DNA of 64,000 bases from Naegleria gruberi (GCA_000004985.1 GG738907.1); one strand, 5' to 3'. Shown: positions 49,185 to 61,800, counted from the first letter of the stretch. The notes: a model not told the origin generated them from the letters alone. A program made the numbers and translations.

Positions 49185-50636
49185 ATGTATATTCAAGCCA
49201 ACAATATTAACATTGGTGTGAAGTTGAATCTTCTCCACAAGAAGAAACCTACCACTCAAGTTGAAGAAGCCTTTGATTTACAAAAGTTTACTTCTTTGCA
49301 ATCTTTCAAGGAATACATTATGGAAAAGTATTTTAAATTGGAGAAAACTCCTCTTCTCCAACAACAACCAGAACAACAACCAGAACAAGAGCCTCTTGAT
49401 GATCAAAAGAATTCCATGATTCTTATTGTTAAAGTTCAAAAGGATTGGTTGAACAATAACACTTCAAAGCCAAACATATTTAAACGTATTGAAGGTGAAG
49501 AAGAGTGGAATCAAGTTATTCAAGCTGTTCTACTTGCTCATACCAAGGAACAATCTATCATTGTTGGTGAGAATTTGCCAAAGGCCATTATAGTTGAATT
49601 CAAACTCAAGTGTAAACCTGCAAAGCGAATGATCAAGAAGCAATTAAAAGAGTTGAAGAAACAAAAGAAGCAAATCAAGAAGCAATTCGTAAGCTTGAAG
49701 GAAGAGAATACTTCACCATCTGTTGCTATTGTTGCCGAAAATATGTATCCTACTTTGAATGTCCCAGTTGAAGAAGTTGACAACAAGAATAACACTGAAA
49801 CAAACACTCTTAAAGTAAAGAGAGAATTACTTTTGGAAAAGAAGCTCAAATTACAAGAGATGAGAGCCAAGTTAAAGATGATGAAACTTGAAGCAAAGCT
49901 TGGAGAAGATAATGGAGAAAAGATTGAAAAGAAACTTGAAAAGCATCAAGCAAAACTTCAAAGAAAGAAGGAAAAGTTGGAGAAGAAGGAAAATCACAAG
50001 ACTGAAAAGTTAATCAAGAAGCAAGAAAAGAGAGAGCTCAAGTTGAAAGAAAAGGAATTAAAAATTGAACAATCCAAAGATGATGTTCAACTCTTTGAAG
50101 AAAATGGCCAAGCTCTCGTTTTAAAACCAGAAATTAAGAAAATTTTCATTGATGGTAACAATATGTTCTTTATGAATAGAGCTATGAGACACATTCTTTT
50201 GGAATTGAAGAATAGAAAGTTAGCTGAAGACTTGATTTCAACCACTTCTAAAATGTACTCACAACTATCAGAATTGTTATGGAATCAACAATTGCACTTG
50301 ATGCAAGTTTGCTTTGATTCCTCAAGTCAACAAGTCATCAACAATCCTAATGTTACATTTGTTGTAACATCTGCCAAACAGGAAGGATATCCATCTGCTG
50401 ATGATCTACTTGTTGAACTTGCAAATAGACAGAATATTGCTTGTCTTTTGGATTCATGTCTATTTGTAACATCTGATAGAGTTTTAAGACAACGTTTGAG
50501 AAGTGTTGGAAATGGTGCCAAGTGTGTTGGTTCTGCAAATTGGATGAAATTTATTTATTCCCATTTGTGTTCTAATACCAATGAACTATCTTTGGATGAT
50601 TGGTTGTTACAACTTTTAAATGGATTAAATCATTAA
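49185..50636 (+). CDS. K/E-rich coiled-coil protein with a C-terminal NYN/PIN-like nuclease-fold domain (tentative)
   Basis: A 483-aa ORF. The middle is a long KLEKK coiled-coil. The C-terminus reads IFIDGNNMFF...VTFVVTSAKQEGYPSADDLLVELA...CLFVTSDRVLRQRL, which resembles the NYN domain (vFiDgeN...vvLvSgDsDf). Confidence 0.45.
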   Translation: MYIQANNINIGVKLNLLHKKKPTTQVEEAFDLQKFTSLQSFKEYIMEKYFKLEKTPLLQQQPEQQPEQEPLDDQKNSMILIVKVQKDWLNNNTSKPNIFKRIEGEEEWNQVIQAVLLAHTKEQSIIVGENLPKAIIVEFKLKCKPAKRMIKKQLKELKKQKKQIKKQFVSLKEENTSPSVAIVAENMYPTLNVPVEEVDNKNNTETNTLKVKRELLLEKKLKLQEMRAKLKMMKLEAKLGEDNGEKIEKKLEKHQAKLQRKKEKLEKKENHKTEKLIKKQEKRELKLKEKELKIEQSKDDVQLFEENGQALVLKPEIKKIFIDGNNMFFMNRAMRHILLELKNRKLAEDLISTTSKMYSQLSELLWNQQLHLMQVCFDSSSQQVINNPNVTFVVTSAKQEGYPSADDLLVELANRQNIACLLDSCLFVTSDRVLRQRLRSVGNGAKCVGSANWMKFIYSHLCSNTNELSLDDWLLQLLNGLNH

Positions 50637-50757
50637 TATAATAAACAAATGAATACGTATAATTCCTTCTATTCAGACACTGTCACACGCCATTGTAAAC
50701 CAAAACCAAAACTATTAAAACAATGAATGTATAGGATTTATTTTAAATGTGAACGTA

Positions 50758-50830
50758 GCCCGTCTAGCTCAGTCGGTAGAGCGCAAGGCTCTTAACCTTG
50801 TGGTCGTGGGTTCGACCCCCACGGTGGGCG
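50758..50830 (+). tRNA. tRNA-Lys(CTT): tRNA-Lys (anticodon CTT)
   Basis: GCCCGTCTAGCTCAGTCGGTAGAGCGCAAGGCTCTTAACCTTGTGGTCGTGGGTTCGACCCCCACGGTGGGCG is 73 nt. The acceptor stem has 7 bp (two G-U pairs). The D-arm is TAGCTCAGTCGGTAGAGC. The anticodon stem CAAGG/CCTTG closes the loop CTCTTAA, giving anticodon CTT. The T-arm is GGGTTCGACCCCC. It closely matches eukaryotic cytosolic tRNA-Lys. Confidence 0.9.
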
Positions 50831-51162
50831 ATTCATATTTTTTCTTTTATTTGAATACTGCTGGTGTTTTTGTTGCTCTACTATCGTATCTTATATGAGT
50901 TTACAACTTAAAGACTTCCAAAGCTATGAAAGCTGTTGATGTATGTTATAAATTGGCAAGTTGACTTTCCTTCACTGAACTTTATTCTTGTCCGACCATA
51001 CCATTTTCTATTCACAGTTCCGATAACTGACATTTTCAAAGAACTATTCTCCTTCACTTGTCTTCACCAATGAACTGAAACTAGCTGAAACATATTCACT
51101 TATTCGAAACAACTCAACAACAACTTTGCACCGAAAAAAAAACAAACAATTAGAAATACAAC

Positions 51163-52038
51163 ATGACAGTCACCCAACAACCAATCCAACAAACCTATTC
51201 GAATCCAAACGATTCAGTACCCACCACTGAAGTTTTCAAAAACTTGATTCGTGAAAAATCTCCATCTCTCCACGAATACACTCTCCAACATTCATTCAGC
51301 ACTGCCAAATATCTATGTGGTGCCAGTTGTGGATGTTTCAGAATTCCATGTCTCAGAGATGACATTTCACACATTACAATTTTCCCACCTCCAAGTGATT
51401 TCTCACCAAATCATGCATGTTCATCCTCATGCAATACCAAACTTGGTAAAGATCGTGTCCAAAGAGGTAATTCATGCTGTGATGCAGGTTGTTTTGATTG
51501 TTTTTGTAGAACTTGTTTTTGCTGTTTGAATTGTTGGACAAATGCTGAAGGTTGTTTGATTTTGTGTTGTTTACTTGTTTTGGTGTTGAGTATATTTTTG
51601 GGAGGGATTTATTTGTTGACTGCTCCTGTGGCTATTTTTCTCTTTGTTTATTATGAGAAGGAGACAACAGTTGAATTGGATGATGAGAAGAGACAAGTTA
51701 GAATGACTAGTAGAGGAAAGTATATTAGAAAGGAAACTATTCTTTCATCCTATGCCATCTCTTATGATCAAATTCATGATATTTATGCTCAATTGGTTAG
51801 TGAAGGAAGCAATGGTCCTATTGATTCAGAATATTGCCTCGTTCTTCAAACAAAAGAAGGTCAACTAGTCAACTTGTCCAAACCTTTGGATTTGAAATTT
51901 GCTGATATCAATGGAGGTGTAAAATATTTGAGAGATTTCTTGAGAATGAGAGGAGTTATATTTGTGAGAGATTCTCAATATGGTGGAATGGCAACTATGA
52001 ATAATAACACAATGCCAATGAATCATCAAATGGTTTAA
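51163..52038 (+). CDS. cysteine-rich membrane protein, hypothetical
   Basis: An ATG ORF of 291 aa. It has a Cys cluster (CCDAGCFDCFCRTCFCCLNCW) next to a TM segment (ILCCLLVLVLSIFLGGIYLL). I recognised no domain. Confidence 0.4.
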   Translation: MTVTQQPIQQTYSNPNDSVPTTEVFKNLIREKSPSLHEYTLQHSFSTAKYLCGASCGCFRIPCLRDDISHITIFPPPSDFSPNHACSSSCNTKLGKDRVQRGNSCCDAGCFDCFCRTCFCCLNCWTNAEGCLILCCLLVLVLSIFLGGIYLLTAPVAIFLFVYYEKETTVELDDEKRQVRMTSRGKYIRKETILSSYAISYDQIHDIYAQLVSEGSNGPIDSEYCLVLQTKEGQLVNLSKPLDLKFADINGGVKYLRDFLRMRGVIFVRDSQYGGMATMNNNTMPMNHQMV

Positions 52039-52452
52039 GTTTAGAATAATTTCAACATTCAACTAATAAATATTGCTTAAATGGAGTTGCTTAAGTTATT
52101 GATCGTAACAAGATAAGTCAATTAGAATTGACATTGAATTTTCAAGTGATTTTTCTGAAATGAAATAATAATTAATAATGTTATGTGAAATATGGCCACT
52201 TACAAACTGATACCTCACAATAGCAACTGAACTGACAAGTATTCCAAACGAAATTAGTTTATTTCTAATAATTACATTAATCTCTGTTTCATTTAACTAG
52301 TGATATGTTTTGGAACGTTGACATCTTGCATGCAGCTTGACCTCTCAATACCACAAATCCAAAAAATCTTTGCTGATTTTTTATTTAATTTTTTGTATGT
52401 AAACGAACTAAACATTTAGTCTAACTCTATTCGAATTATAATCCCATTCCAT

Positions 52453-53480
52453 TTAGAAAGGATGTGTCTTGGCATATGAATCAAACTCTACAATCTCGAA
52501 CCAGTAGTGAAGAATCGAAATGACTCCTTCCTCCAGTTTTCTATCCAATAATTTATCCTGAACATGTCTTTCCAATAACATGTGGTATAAAGCACAGAAC
52601 ATTACTGAAATGACAACACCCAAGATGACATCCACAGTGTAATGTTCCTTTGCAACAATGATCAGGAAACATCCAACGAAAGTAACTGTAAACAGAATTG
52701 TGTTAAAGATCATTCGTACAGCTTTCGACCATCTATCCGAATGTGAATAGTACCAGACGAACCAAAAAACGAGAATGAGAGCGGTTGCATGTCCTGTTGG
52801 TAGAACGTGAATTCAATTTTGTCGATTGGCAATTAAATTTTTCGTTTACATGGTCAAATCAAGAAATTAACAATACGAAACTTACCTGAAAACACATAAT
52901 CTCCACAAGTATCACCAAAATTTGTAATATTCAAAGCCTTCCCAAGCCTCTCTGCCAAGCTTAAATTCTGCAATCTGATACAATTCTCCTTATATTCACT
53001 CGTTGGTATACTAAACGTTGTAACACTAATGCATAATGTTCGAATGTTCAATAAAGTTGCATGAATAAACAAGTATCGATGAAAGATGGCAAGCTTATTT
53101 CTCTTTCTAAAGAAAGCCACCATCAACATCATGACAATACCAACCAAAGCAAGAATTTCAGAGATTGTGAAAGCTGTCTGACTTGCATGTGGAAGATTCT
53201 CTAAAAAAACATCTCTGGCTGGCTCCATATTGGTGGACACACGTGGAATGACAAAGAATAGGAGTGTGAATTTGGTGATGAGGGCAGTGGCTATAAAGTA
53301 CATGATGAATAAGAATAGACGAAGCAAACTCTTGCCATGTCTGAGGAGGAAAGCTTTCGAATTGGATTTGGAGGTTGTTACATATTTTGTGGCTTCACCT
53401 GCTTCAAGACTTGCTAATGGAAATTCTTCGTGTTGTTCTTGAGAATAGCTGTCTGTTAAGCTAGTTGTGTCTGAAGACAT
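52453..53480 (-). CDS. sphingomyelin synthase-like (SMS/PAP2-superfamily) multipass membrane protein. Two exons.
   Basis: Exon 1 is 53480..52886 (ATG at 53480 encodes MSSDTTS; the tool's upstream start at 53519 is a GTG). A 92-nt intron runs 52885..52794, GTAAGT...CAG. Exon 2 is 52793..52453. The spliced product reconstitutes SMS motif D3, CGDYVFS-GHAT, across the junction. It also carries motif D4, HYTVDVILGVVISVMFCALYH, and several TM helices. Confidence 0.7.
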
Positions 53481-55113
53481 TTTTTTAAAGTGTGAATCGT
53501 TATTGAGCGTATGCCTCACATGAACGACACAAGTTTCGTCTAATTGTTGAGGTGTCCTCCATTATTTCTTCCACCACAACATGTGCTTAGAGTCATTCAG
53601 CTCACTCAATTGGACTTTGTTGGAGGTTGAGCGCATTCATAGAGGACTTGCTCAACTCTGCTATTTGGACGCCAAAGAACGCCAAATGTTTGTAACCGAA
53701 AGGAAAATATTACCGTACTTTAAAAGGGAATTCTCAACGATTTTTATATAATTTAATGGTGCTTCTTTTTTAGAGAAAGGATGCGATTTTTTAAACATTT
53801 GGGACAGTGCTGCCTTCACAAGTCTTCATATTATTGCATTACTATTTTTGGCAAGTTGACAGCTGTTTCAAGCATGATACAAATGTTGTAGTGTGTTTTC
53901 TTTTCTGTATTTGATATTTGAAGATAAAAGGCAGATTTCTCACACTGCTTGATGAAATTGTTAAGTGGAAATTGCCAAATATTTGATTTTTGGATTAAAT
54001 TTTGCATGGTTATGGACAAATGCAATAAATAAAGAATTACAAAGAGAAGTTAGCAAGATGATTAGTAATCTGAAAGGATAAAACATTCTGAAGCAGTGAA
54101 GACAGATGAAACACTATTCGAAAGTGTTCGAATCTCTTCCTAGATGCAAAGCTACCTTGATTTTTATCATTTCCAAATGTTGCATTCAATCACGATAGCA
54201 AACATTGCTTTCGAATAATTCGATACAGTAACCAGCTAGGCAGTGATACATTGATTACCAATCAATTTCGAATAAAGGCACCAATGAATGTTACTTCTAA
54301 CTGTTAAAATAAATCAACATTAATTCGCTAAGGCACTGCCTAGAAACCTAACCCTTTAGTCCTATTAGGAGTTGCAACGTGCAAACATTCGTGTGTGTAA
54401 TAGTACTTTCGGATTAGTCGGTAGAATTAGTCGTGTGCGATTCATTCATCACTTCTTTTTCTTTATTACAAATTTTTATTATTCAAATTTGAACATTTTG
54501 AATACGAGTACTCTAACGATAAGAGAAAAAGAGAGAGGATTGATTTCGAGACAGTTTTTTCGTTTTTGTGAAGTAAGCAGATTTCCAGAATTGCTTTTCG
54601 GAATTGATGCCAATTAGAAATGTGTTCCTTCTACGATTCTAATAGGAACATGAAGCTTTTATGCCTGAAAAAAATATCATCAAGCAACATGTGAAAGGTA
54701 TGAATAGTGGAGAGGTTGTTGGATTTGTTGGAGGAGGTTAAATTTCTTGGATTGATTATTTAATTGTGTGGAGTTTGGAAGTTTAACAATACTAATAACA
54801 AATGTTCCGAATATTTAAATTAAAGCAGGGTTGTGCCGTTTGATATTTCACATTTTAATTGAATGGCTATATCACGATGAATGCACCTCATCCCGACGAT
54901 TTGTGGTGCTGTAGGTTTTGTCTTTTTGTTTGGTCCTTCAGCTGAATTAAAAACTAAAGTTTGATAATTTGGGGTTTTTAATTTCGTGATTACCAACTCC
55001 GATTTATTGGTCCGTAAAATTGCCCAAAAAATTGCCCTTAAAACAGTGCAAATATTTCATTCAATTCAGCTGCAATATGTTCACAGCAAAACAGAAAAAA
55101 AATAGAATCATAT

Positions 55114-58100
55114 ATGAGAGGTTATATTTTCTTATTGATATTAGTAGTTCTATTGCTTGCCCTTGCAGGTTGTGGAAACACACAGGAACCTATTAGAGAA
55201 CTTCATCATTTTGGTCTCAATTATGCAGTGGACACATCTAAAATAGTCATGTATCAACTTGCTGTTCCAAATCTACATGGAACCATGACGTTGGATTTCG
55301 ATAGGAATGGTAAATGGAGTGGAAACTATTCCCTCACACATAGTAAGATTAATGCTAGATTCTTTTTTGATGCATTCGAATCAGAAATGTTTTCATTTGA
55401 CTTTACAAATCTGTCATGTGAAAATGTGAACTCATGTAAAATCACTGTGAATACGCAAAGATCAATTTTGAAGAATGTAGATCCTTATGGAATGCAAATA
55501 GTTGGCGTTAGGAAGGATATAGTCAGAAATCAACTCTTAAAGTTCGATATTCAATATGAGAATTTTGGAGAATTTGAACTGACTAGTAATTTTACAATAA
55601 CTTTTTCTCAAATTAGTGAAACATCATTTTCCTTCCAATACTACATGCAAGGTGTTATTCATCCGGTTAGCAATATGAGAGCTTCAATTCCAATAAGCTT
55701 TCCTAGAGATGTCAGTTATCATGTGGATGAATATAAAACCTCCATGTCAATTCTCCTATCCTTTGACAATGCCCCAATTATTGACAAGTCTCAACTCTCA
55801 TTATCCCCAAAAATTTTGCTTCAAACCTTCTTTACTGGACTCATCCCAAATTACTACACTTCAATCTATTCCTTCCAATTATGGAAGACAGATCTTAATG
55901 GTAGAAAACTTTCCCAACGAATTAGCATTCCATTTACGTATGATAGTTCGAAAGGTTTCGAACGAAGAGTGAGTTTTGTTTCAAATTCAATTTTTATGGA
56001 TCCTGAAACAATTCAGTGTGCCTACTTGGATCCAGTCACGAAATCTTTTGTTCTTGATGATAATTCTCATGTATTGGAGGTTAGCGCATATGGAACCATT
56101 AAGAATTTTGTTTTACAATGTTCAGAATTTGAATTTGATGAGAAATTTGATATTTTCATGGTTGGTAAACAAGATGATAGAAAGATGAGGGAATGTAGGT
56201 TTGGAGAGGATTGTGCCATGTCAGGAAATATGTTACAATATTATAATATTATGACCGATAGCAAGAGATTGGATAACTTGGTATTGAAGGGTGACAGAAT
56301 GTCAGAATTTGGTGGAAGTGTTATTGTAAACAATGAAAATGTGACCAATTATCAACGTTTTGCATCTCCAATAACATTCCAAAAACCTCTTTCCTTGAAA
56401 TTGGTATTCTCTCTGAATATTACTAATTTGAATGAGTCAAATTCGAAAGTTTCAGACAATTTACTTCACTTGGAATATACCAATATTATCCAGCCACATG
56501 TTGATCCGTTTTCAATGAGAGTTACTATTCTAGATGAGAAACAGAATGCATTCGTTCTCTGTCAACCAGATTCTCCTAAATTAGGGGAAGCAGTTTGGTC
56601 AATTGATCCTTTTTTGACATCAACTTTGAAATTCATTACATTTGGTTTGTGGGTATATGACACAACCACAGCAAATCTGGGAGATGTTGTCTTTGTCAAT
56701 TATCCAAGAAGAATTGAGTACAGTTTAGAGTCTTCTCTTAGCTTGATAGTTTACTTTGAAGATGTTGAAATTCGTGATCAAGCTCATAGACCTTACTATA
56801 TTGTCAATGAAATCAAAGATTTAACAAGTCCATTAAGGGATGACTACAACTTGATCAAGAGTTTCAAGTTCGAGTATCGCGAAGGGTTGGAAATTATGGA
56901 TTATGATGAGGGCAGAATATTCCAGTTTCTTCCAAGCACTCAATTCCTAGATTCAAAAGGAGAGGAAATTACTCTAAGATTTGAAGAAATGACATGTGCC
57001 TATCTACTCAAAGATTCATCCACTGGAGAATTTACCATTCTCGAGTTTAGTGATGATAGAACAGTTCTTAAACAAGACGAAAACCAAAATTGGAAATATG
57101 AGCTTGATTGCTCGGAAGATATTAGAGAAACTGAATTTTATGTGATGTTGATAGCAAGAAAGTTCAAGAGGGAGCTTCAGATTTCAAGATTTGGTGAGAT
57201 GATTGTCCTTGATCCAAGATTGATTACTGAATTTAGAAGTGAATGGTCACCTAAAGATATTTTACAAATAAGTGTCAATCCTAACAGTGATTTGGAGGGG
57301 TATTATATTTTAAATAGTAAGAAAGTGAGCGATTATCAAGGATTTAGTATTCCTCAAACCATACAGAAACCATTAACTATTTTAGGAGTTTATGAGCTAG
57401 TTCAAAATTCCAGATCAAGCAATGATGAGAAAATGTTAAATGCCATTGACGTGTACTTGAAAAAAGATAGTTCAATTTTCAATATGGATCCTCTTTCTTT
57501 TAGATTGTTCAAAGTGGACATAGACACATCAAGTTTCCAATTAATATTCGATGACAAACCTTTCGCAGGACCTTGGAATTTTCAAGACAATTTATTGGTT
57601 AATCGAGAGTTTACATTTGCTGTTTGTGCGTTCACATCCAACAAAGCTGAATTTGGTGAAAATTACCTAATTTCTTATTCCAGATTATTGACCTACAACT
57701 TGAGTAATGATGATTTTGTTTCGTATACATTTGAAAATGAAAATGATCTAACAGGGTCAAACTTTAAAATGGTTCATTTGAATACCCAGCAAACTACTAT
57801 AATAGATCCAATTTCTAAAGAGGAGTACATCCCAATATACTTATTTTCAATCTCACAAAATTTGATGACTTTTGGATTGAACAGTTGGCGGGAATTTTCA
57901 ATTTCAAATGTAAATGTGGATTTGGATCCAAATTCTGTTAGATGTGCTTATTCATTAGGACAGGGGTTTCATATTTCTCAAACTACTAAACCACTTGTGA
58001 TTGGAAATCAAGTTTCCATGAAATGTTTGGATAATATTATGGTCAACTCGTACAATTTTACGATTATTGCCAAAAAGATGAACTATCCACCAACTCCAAT

Positions 58101-58812
58101 CCCAAGTCCATCTATCAAACCAACACCAGAACCAAGTATTGTTCCAGAACCTTCAATTCGTCCACCAACACCTATTCCTTCACTACAACCAGCTCCTGTT
58201 CCATCTACTTATCCAGAACCTCCAACACCAATCAGTTCATTCGATAGAGAAAATGGAATTAATCTCGGTAAGGATACATCAGTTTCAAGAATTATCAAAT
58301 CTGGAGATTCTATTCTCTATAGAATATCCATTCGTCCAAATCAACAGCTTTCGCTTTCATGCGCTTCACTCATGGGAAAGTCTATGAACATATTTATTGG
58401 ACAAGATTTCAAACCTACACATCAAAAGTTTACTCTCCAAATGAATTCGAATCAAGTTAGGTCAGTGGAAAATCGATCAGCGCAGTCACAAGTAATTTTT
58501 ATAATGGTTGAGGGCCCTTCTGAAGGTTCTTCTCAAATTGTTCTTCTTCCTTCCGTTGAAAAAGTTGAAAATCCTGAGAATAGTCCTATTCGAAATGAGA
58601 GTAATGGTTATTCTGCATTTTTTGCAATAACTGCTTTATTGACCTTAATGTTAATCGGTTCAATGTTTGTAACATTGGGAGTTTTTATATATATGAGAAG
58701 GAAACAACAGATTATTTCAAATATGGGAAAGGAATCCTATGAGTTGATTTTGAAAGAAAGACCAAATGGAGATCAAGTAAGAGCAAGTTATTACACGGAG
58801 GAAAATTTATAG
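55114..58812 (+). CDS. large type-I membrane glycoprotein of 1232 aa, hypothetical
   Basis: It has a signal peptide (MRGYIFLLILVVLLLALAGC) and a 1100-aa extracellular region with many N-x-S/T sites. A P/T/S-rich stalk follows (PTPIPSPSIKPTPEPSIVPEPSIRPPTPIPS), then a TM helix (AFFAITALLTLMLIGSMFVTLGVFIYM) and a short cytoplasmic tail. Confidence 0.5.
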   Translation: MRGYIFLLILVVLLLALAGCGNTQEPIRELHHFGLNYAVDTSKIVMYQLAVPNLHGTMTLDFDRNGKWSGNYSLTHSKINARFFFDAFESEMFSFDFTNLSCENVNSCKITVNTQRSILKNVDPYGMQIVGVRKDIVRNQLLKFDIQYENFGEFELTSNFTITFSQISETSFSFQYYMQGVIHPVSNMRASIPISFPRDVSYHVDEYKTSMSILLSFDNAPIIDKSQLSLSPKILLQTFFTGLIPNYYTSIYSFQLWKTDLNGRKLSQRISIPFTYDSSKGFERRVSFVSNSIFMDPETIQCAYLDPVTKSFVLDDNSHVLEVSAYGTIKNFVLQCSEFEFDEKFDIFMVGKQDDRKMRECRFGEDCAMSGNMLQYYNIMTDSKRLDNLVLKGDRMSEFGGSVIVNNENVTNYQRFASPITFQKPLSLKLVFSLNITNLNESNSKVSDNLLHLEYTNIIQPHVDPFSMRVTILDEKQNAFVLCQPDSPKLGEAVWSIDPFLTSTLKFITFGLWVYDTTTANLGDVVFVNYPRRIEYSLESSLSLIVYFEDVEIRDQAHRPYYIVNEIKDLTSPLRDDYNLIKSFKFEYREGLEIMDYDEGRIFQFLPSTQFLDSKGEEITLRFEEMTCAYLLKDSSTGEFTILEFSDDRTVLKQDENQNWKYELDCSEDIRETEFYVMLIARKFKRELQISRFGEMIVLDPRLITEFRSEWSPKDILQISVNPNSDLEGYYILNSKKVSDYQGFSIPQTIQKPLTILGVYELVQNSRSSNDEKMLNAIDVYLKKDSSIFNMDPLSFRLFKVDIDTSSFQLIFDDKPFAGPWNFQDNLLVNREFTFAVCAFTSNKAEFGENYLISYSRLLTYNLSNDDFVSYTFENENDLTGSNFKMVHLNTQQTTIIDPISKEEYIPIYLFSISQNLMTFGLNSWREFSISNVNVDLDPNSVRCAYSLGQGFHISQTTKPLVIGNQVSMKCLDNIMVNSYNFTIIAKKMNYPPTPIPSPSIKPTPEPSIVPEPSIRPPTPIPSLQPAPVPSTYPEPPTPISSFDRENGINLGKDTSVSRIIKSGDSILYRISIRPNQQLSLSCASLMGKSMNIFIGQDFKPTHQKFTLQMNSNQVRSVENRSAQSQVIFIMVEGPSEGSSQIVLLPSVEKVENPENSPIRNESNGYSAFFAITALLTLMLIGSMFVTLGVFIYMRRKQQIISNMGKESYELILKERPNGDQVRASYYTEENL

Positions 58813-61800
58813 GTTGCTAACGGTAAAACAAAATGGAAAATGCACAAACTTAGTAACACCTATTTATTGAAAGATACGTTTAATAAAATTGTATTTTCCA
58901 ATAGATTCTCCTGTGTTGTTTGAATTGTTCCGTCACACCAGCGTTCCACAAAACGCTGTTCTTTCAATTTCTGTTAAATTAAGAAAGAACAGAGAGTTTT
59001 ATCATATTCAATTTGCGTATTTACTCTTTGCAGAAATGTCAACAATCTGTTCCTTAGTCAATAATTCTCCATTTGATTTAAATTTAACTCCAAAAATAGT
59101 ATTCAGTATCACAATGCGCTCTATTAACGAAAAATTAAAATAAAAAAATGGACAATACTCAACCTGCTGGGTTTGGAAATACATACTCTTTGATTATTCA
59201 ATGAAAAACTACTTAACCATTCATTATGATATCTTACAAACTTGTTCTATACATTTAGGAGGAGCTACCCTGAAAGGATGACATCTTTAAATCAAATATT
59301 CATCGAACTATAAGGCACAGGTTTGAAAGACAAATATTGAAAGTTAGAAAAACGAGTAAAAATGAAAATTTTATAATTTAAAATCGGGGAACAGACCAAA
59401 TGATGGATAACGAACGTTGTTCCTCCTTGATCGACTAAGTAATTATCGAGAAGGAAGGTTTCTAAATATTTGCAAAATTTCATTCACATCCTTCAATAAT
59501 AATTTTCAAACCGAAAAATTTAAAAATAGAATGGATTAATATCAATAATTTTGGAGATGTGGATTATTATCTAGTATTTTAATGATGGAAGTGGAGGTGC
59601 CATAGGCACCCACTTCCATCAAGTGGAGAAACTACATTGAAGGAGGATCTGTTAAAAAAAATACAAGAACATCATGCCTCCTTCATCTTCAAGTATTGCT
59701 CCTTCTTCGTCATCTATATCATCAATTATTGAACCAACTATTATAAAAACTGTTGGAACAATAACAACATCAAAAAGAAAAATGATCACTAAACCAAAGA
59801 GGAAGAATAAAAAGAAAATTGCAGATGAGGATGTAATTGTTCCTGTTGTGGATAGAATTGTTTTAGATAGATCCAATATTTCTAAATTCATCAACTTTAA
59901 TTCAAGATTACAATTATTTGAAATTTTACAAAATACTAATTATAATGTAGAGTTGCGAGGAACGATGCAACGTTAGTATTTCGACAAATTGTAAACAATA
60001 AAATTGAGTTGATAAATAATTTTATGCTCAAAAAAATTAAGTATATTGAAATGGTTCAAACACCAAGCAAGGCGAATATTTCCAACATTCGTCAAAGAGT
60101 TTCAGCAAGCAAATCCTCAACTTCTACCTACAAGTCAGGTTACATCCCAGTAACTGACAATGGTAGCTCAGCTTCACTCCCCTCTGTGGTTGACCCAGGG
60201 TTTTGGTTGGTTTGGGTTTGGTTAGGATTCAGAGTTGATTTATTTGGGTTATTTAAGAGATTACTTAGTGAAGATTCATATCATTGATTATATTTCTTAT
60301 CATCTATTAATGATGTAAATTTGATGGTTTCATTTCTTATATTGATAGATATTTAAAGGTCAGGTCAGTATCAACTTTTGAAATATGGACTTTGAGAAGT
60401 CAAATGTTTGGGACGTGAATCTACTCATTAGATTGAATAGGTATTGCTAATAAAGTAACATTTCATTGATTTATTGATTATAACGGTCAAATTGAGTTGA
60501 ATGGAAGTGAATCACATGTTGATTGATCGTGGATGGGTAGTTTCGCCACGTAGTGGTGCAACTACCAACCTTTGTAGATTGAATCACGTTGATTTGCATC
60601 AATCTTCAATATGTATCATTATCAAGAGTGATTATTCACCAATTCAATGATCAATATTCAATAATCGGTTTGATTTTCAATCAATAACTTGATCATCAAG
60701 CTTTGAATTAATATTCCAGTAATCAACGGCAGTCTATTTTTAAATTTAATCAAAGACCATATATAGTAGCTTGACTTTTATGATTTGGAAACTATCTAGA
60801 TTTGTTCTATATTGAATAATCTATTTGAAAATGAGATGAATTAACTCTTCAATTTAGTTTATTGATATTACTATATAAATGGTATTATTTCTTACAGAGT
60901 CTTCCACAGAACTCACTCTTGAAATATTAATTGTACTAGAGCGTGTGAGAAACATAATGGTGGTGGAATTAATCAATAACTCGTTGAAATGACTGAGATG
61001 GAATGTAAACTATGGTCTATTTGTCTTGCAATGGTGACCTGACAGTGTCAATTTCATCAAATTATTTCAAATTGATTACATTCAATAAAAAACCGTTCTA
61101 TACATCAAACATGTCATATAGAATGAGTTTCAATATTTAATATTATGAACTGACTCTGTTGGATACCATCTCTATAAATATAACAAGATGAAAAGTGTCA
61201 ACATTCAATTACACATGCATGTAACTATGAAGAGTCATCATTATATCATCTAGATAGGTAATATTTCAAGTTTCAGTGGAATTGACTGTCTACATATTGA
61301 GATGTGTATACTAAGGCTGAAGAAGTGTCACCTTCACTGATTACTGACATGAATATGACAATTGAATATATTATTGTTGCATAAATAATTCATTGTTCAA
61401 TGATTACGATATGATGGTAAAATTTAATTTTGGAATTAAGATACTTCCCCATTGATTACCTTAGATGTTCCTTAGTTGACTTGAAGATATTGAGCCATCA
61501 ATATGAAACTTTCTCAGATTGTTCTCCTCATGAAGGGAAGTGTATTCATATTAGATACTTGTATTATATTTTGTAAACTGACTGAGATGGTATATATTCT
61601 ATATGTTGAAATGTGACAATTTGACAGATTGTTATTATTATCATATTGAATTCAATTCTAACACTATAAAATTGATACCATATGTATAATAGTTTGATTA
61701 AATGTATCTGGTAAAGTTACAGGATGATTGGAAGTACTTTCATTGAGATGGAGTGTTCACTAAGATATATTAAGTGTTGACATTGAACATTTACTGATTA

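Noticed and set aside
43351-53519. Track ORF starts at 43351, 45304..47310, 5060, 6750, 53519 and others
   Set aside because: These begin at TTG, GTG or CTG because the track allows bacterial alternative starts. In this eukaryote they are internal codons. Real starts are ATG, or the ORF is an internal exon.
54395-54450. tRNA-like D-arm-like string (ggattagtcggtagaattagtc)
   Set aside because: No acceptor, anticodon or T-arm can be drawn. It is likely chance similarity or a badly decayed relic.
60009-60287. ORF of 92 aa in the subtelomere
   Set aside because: It reads through a degenerate telomere-like repeat (GFWLVWVWLGFRV) and has no codon-bias support.
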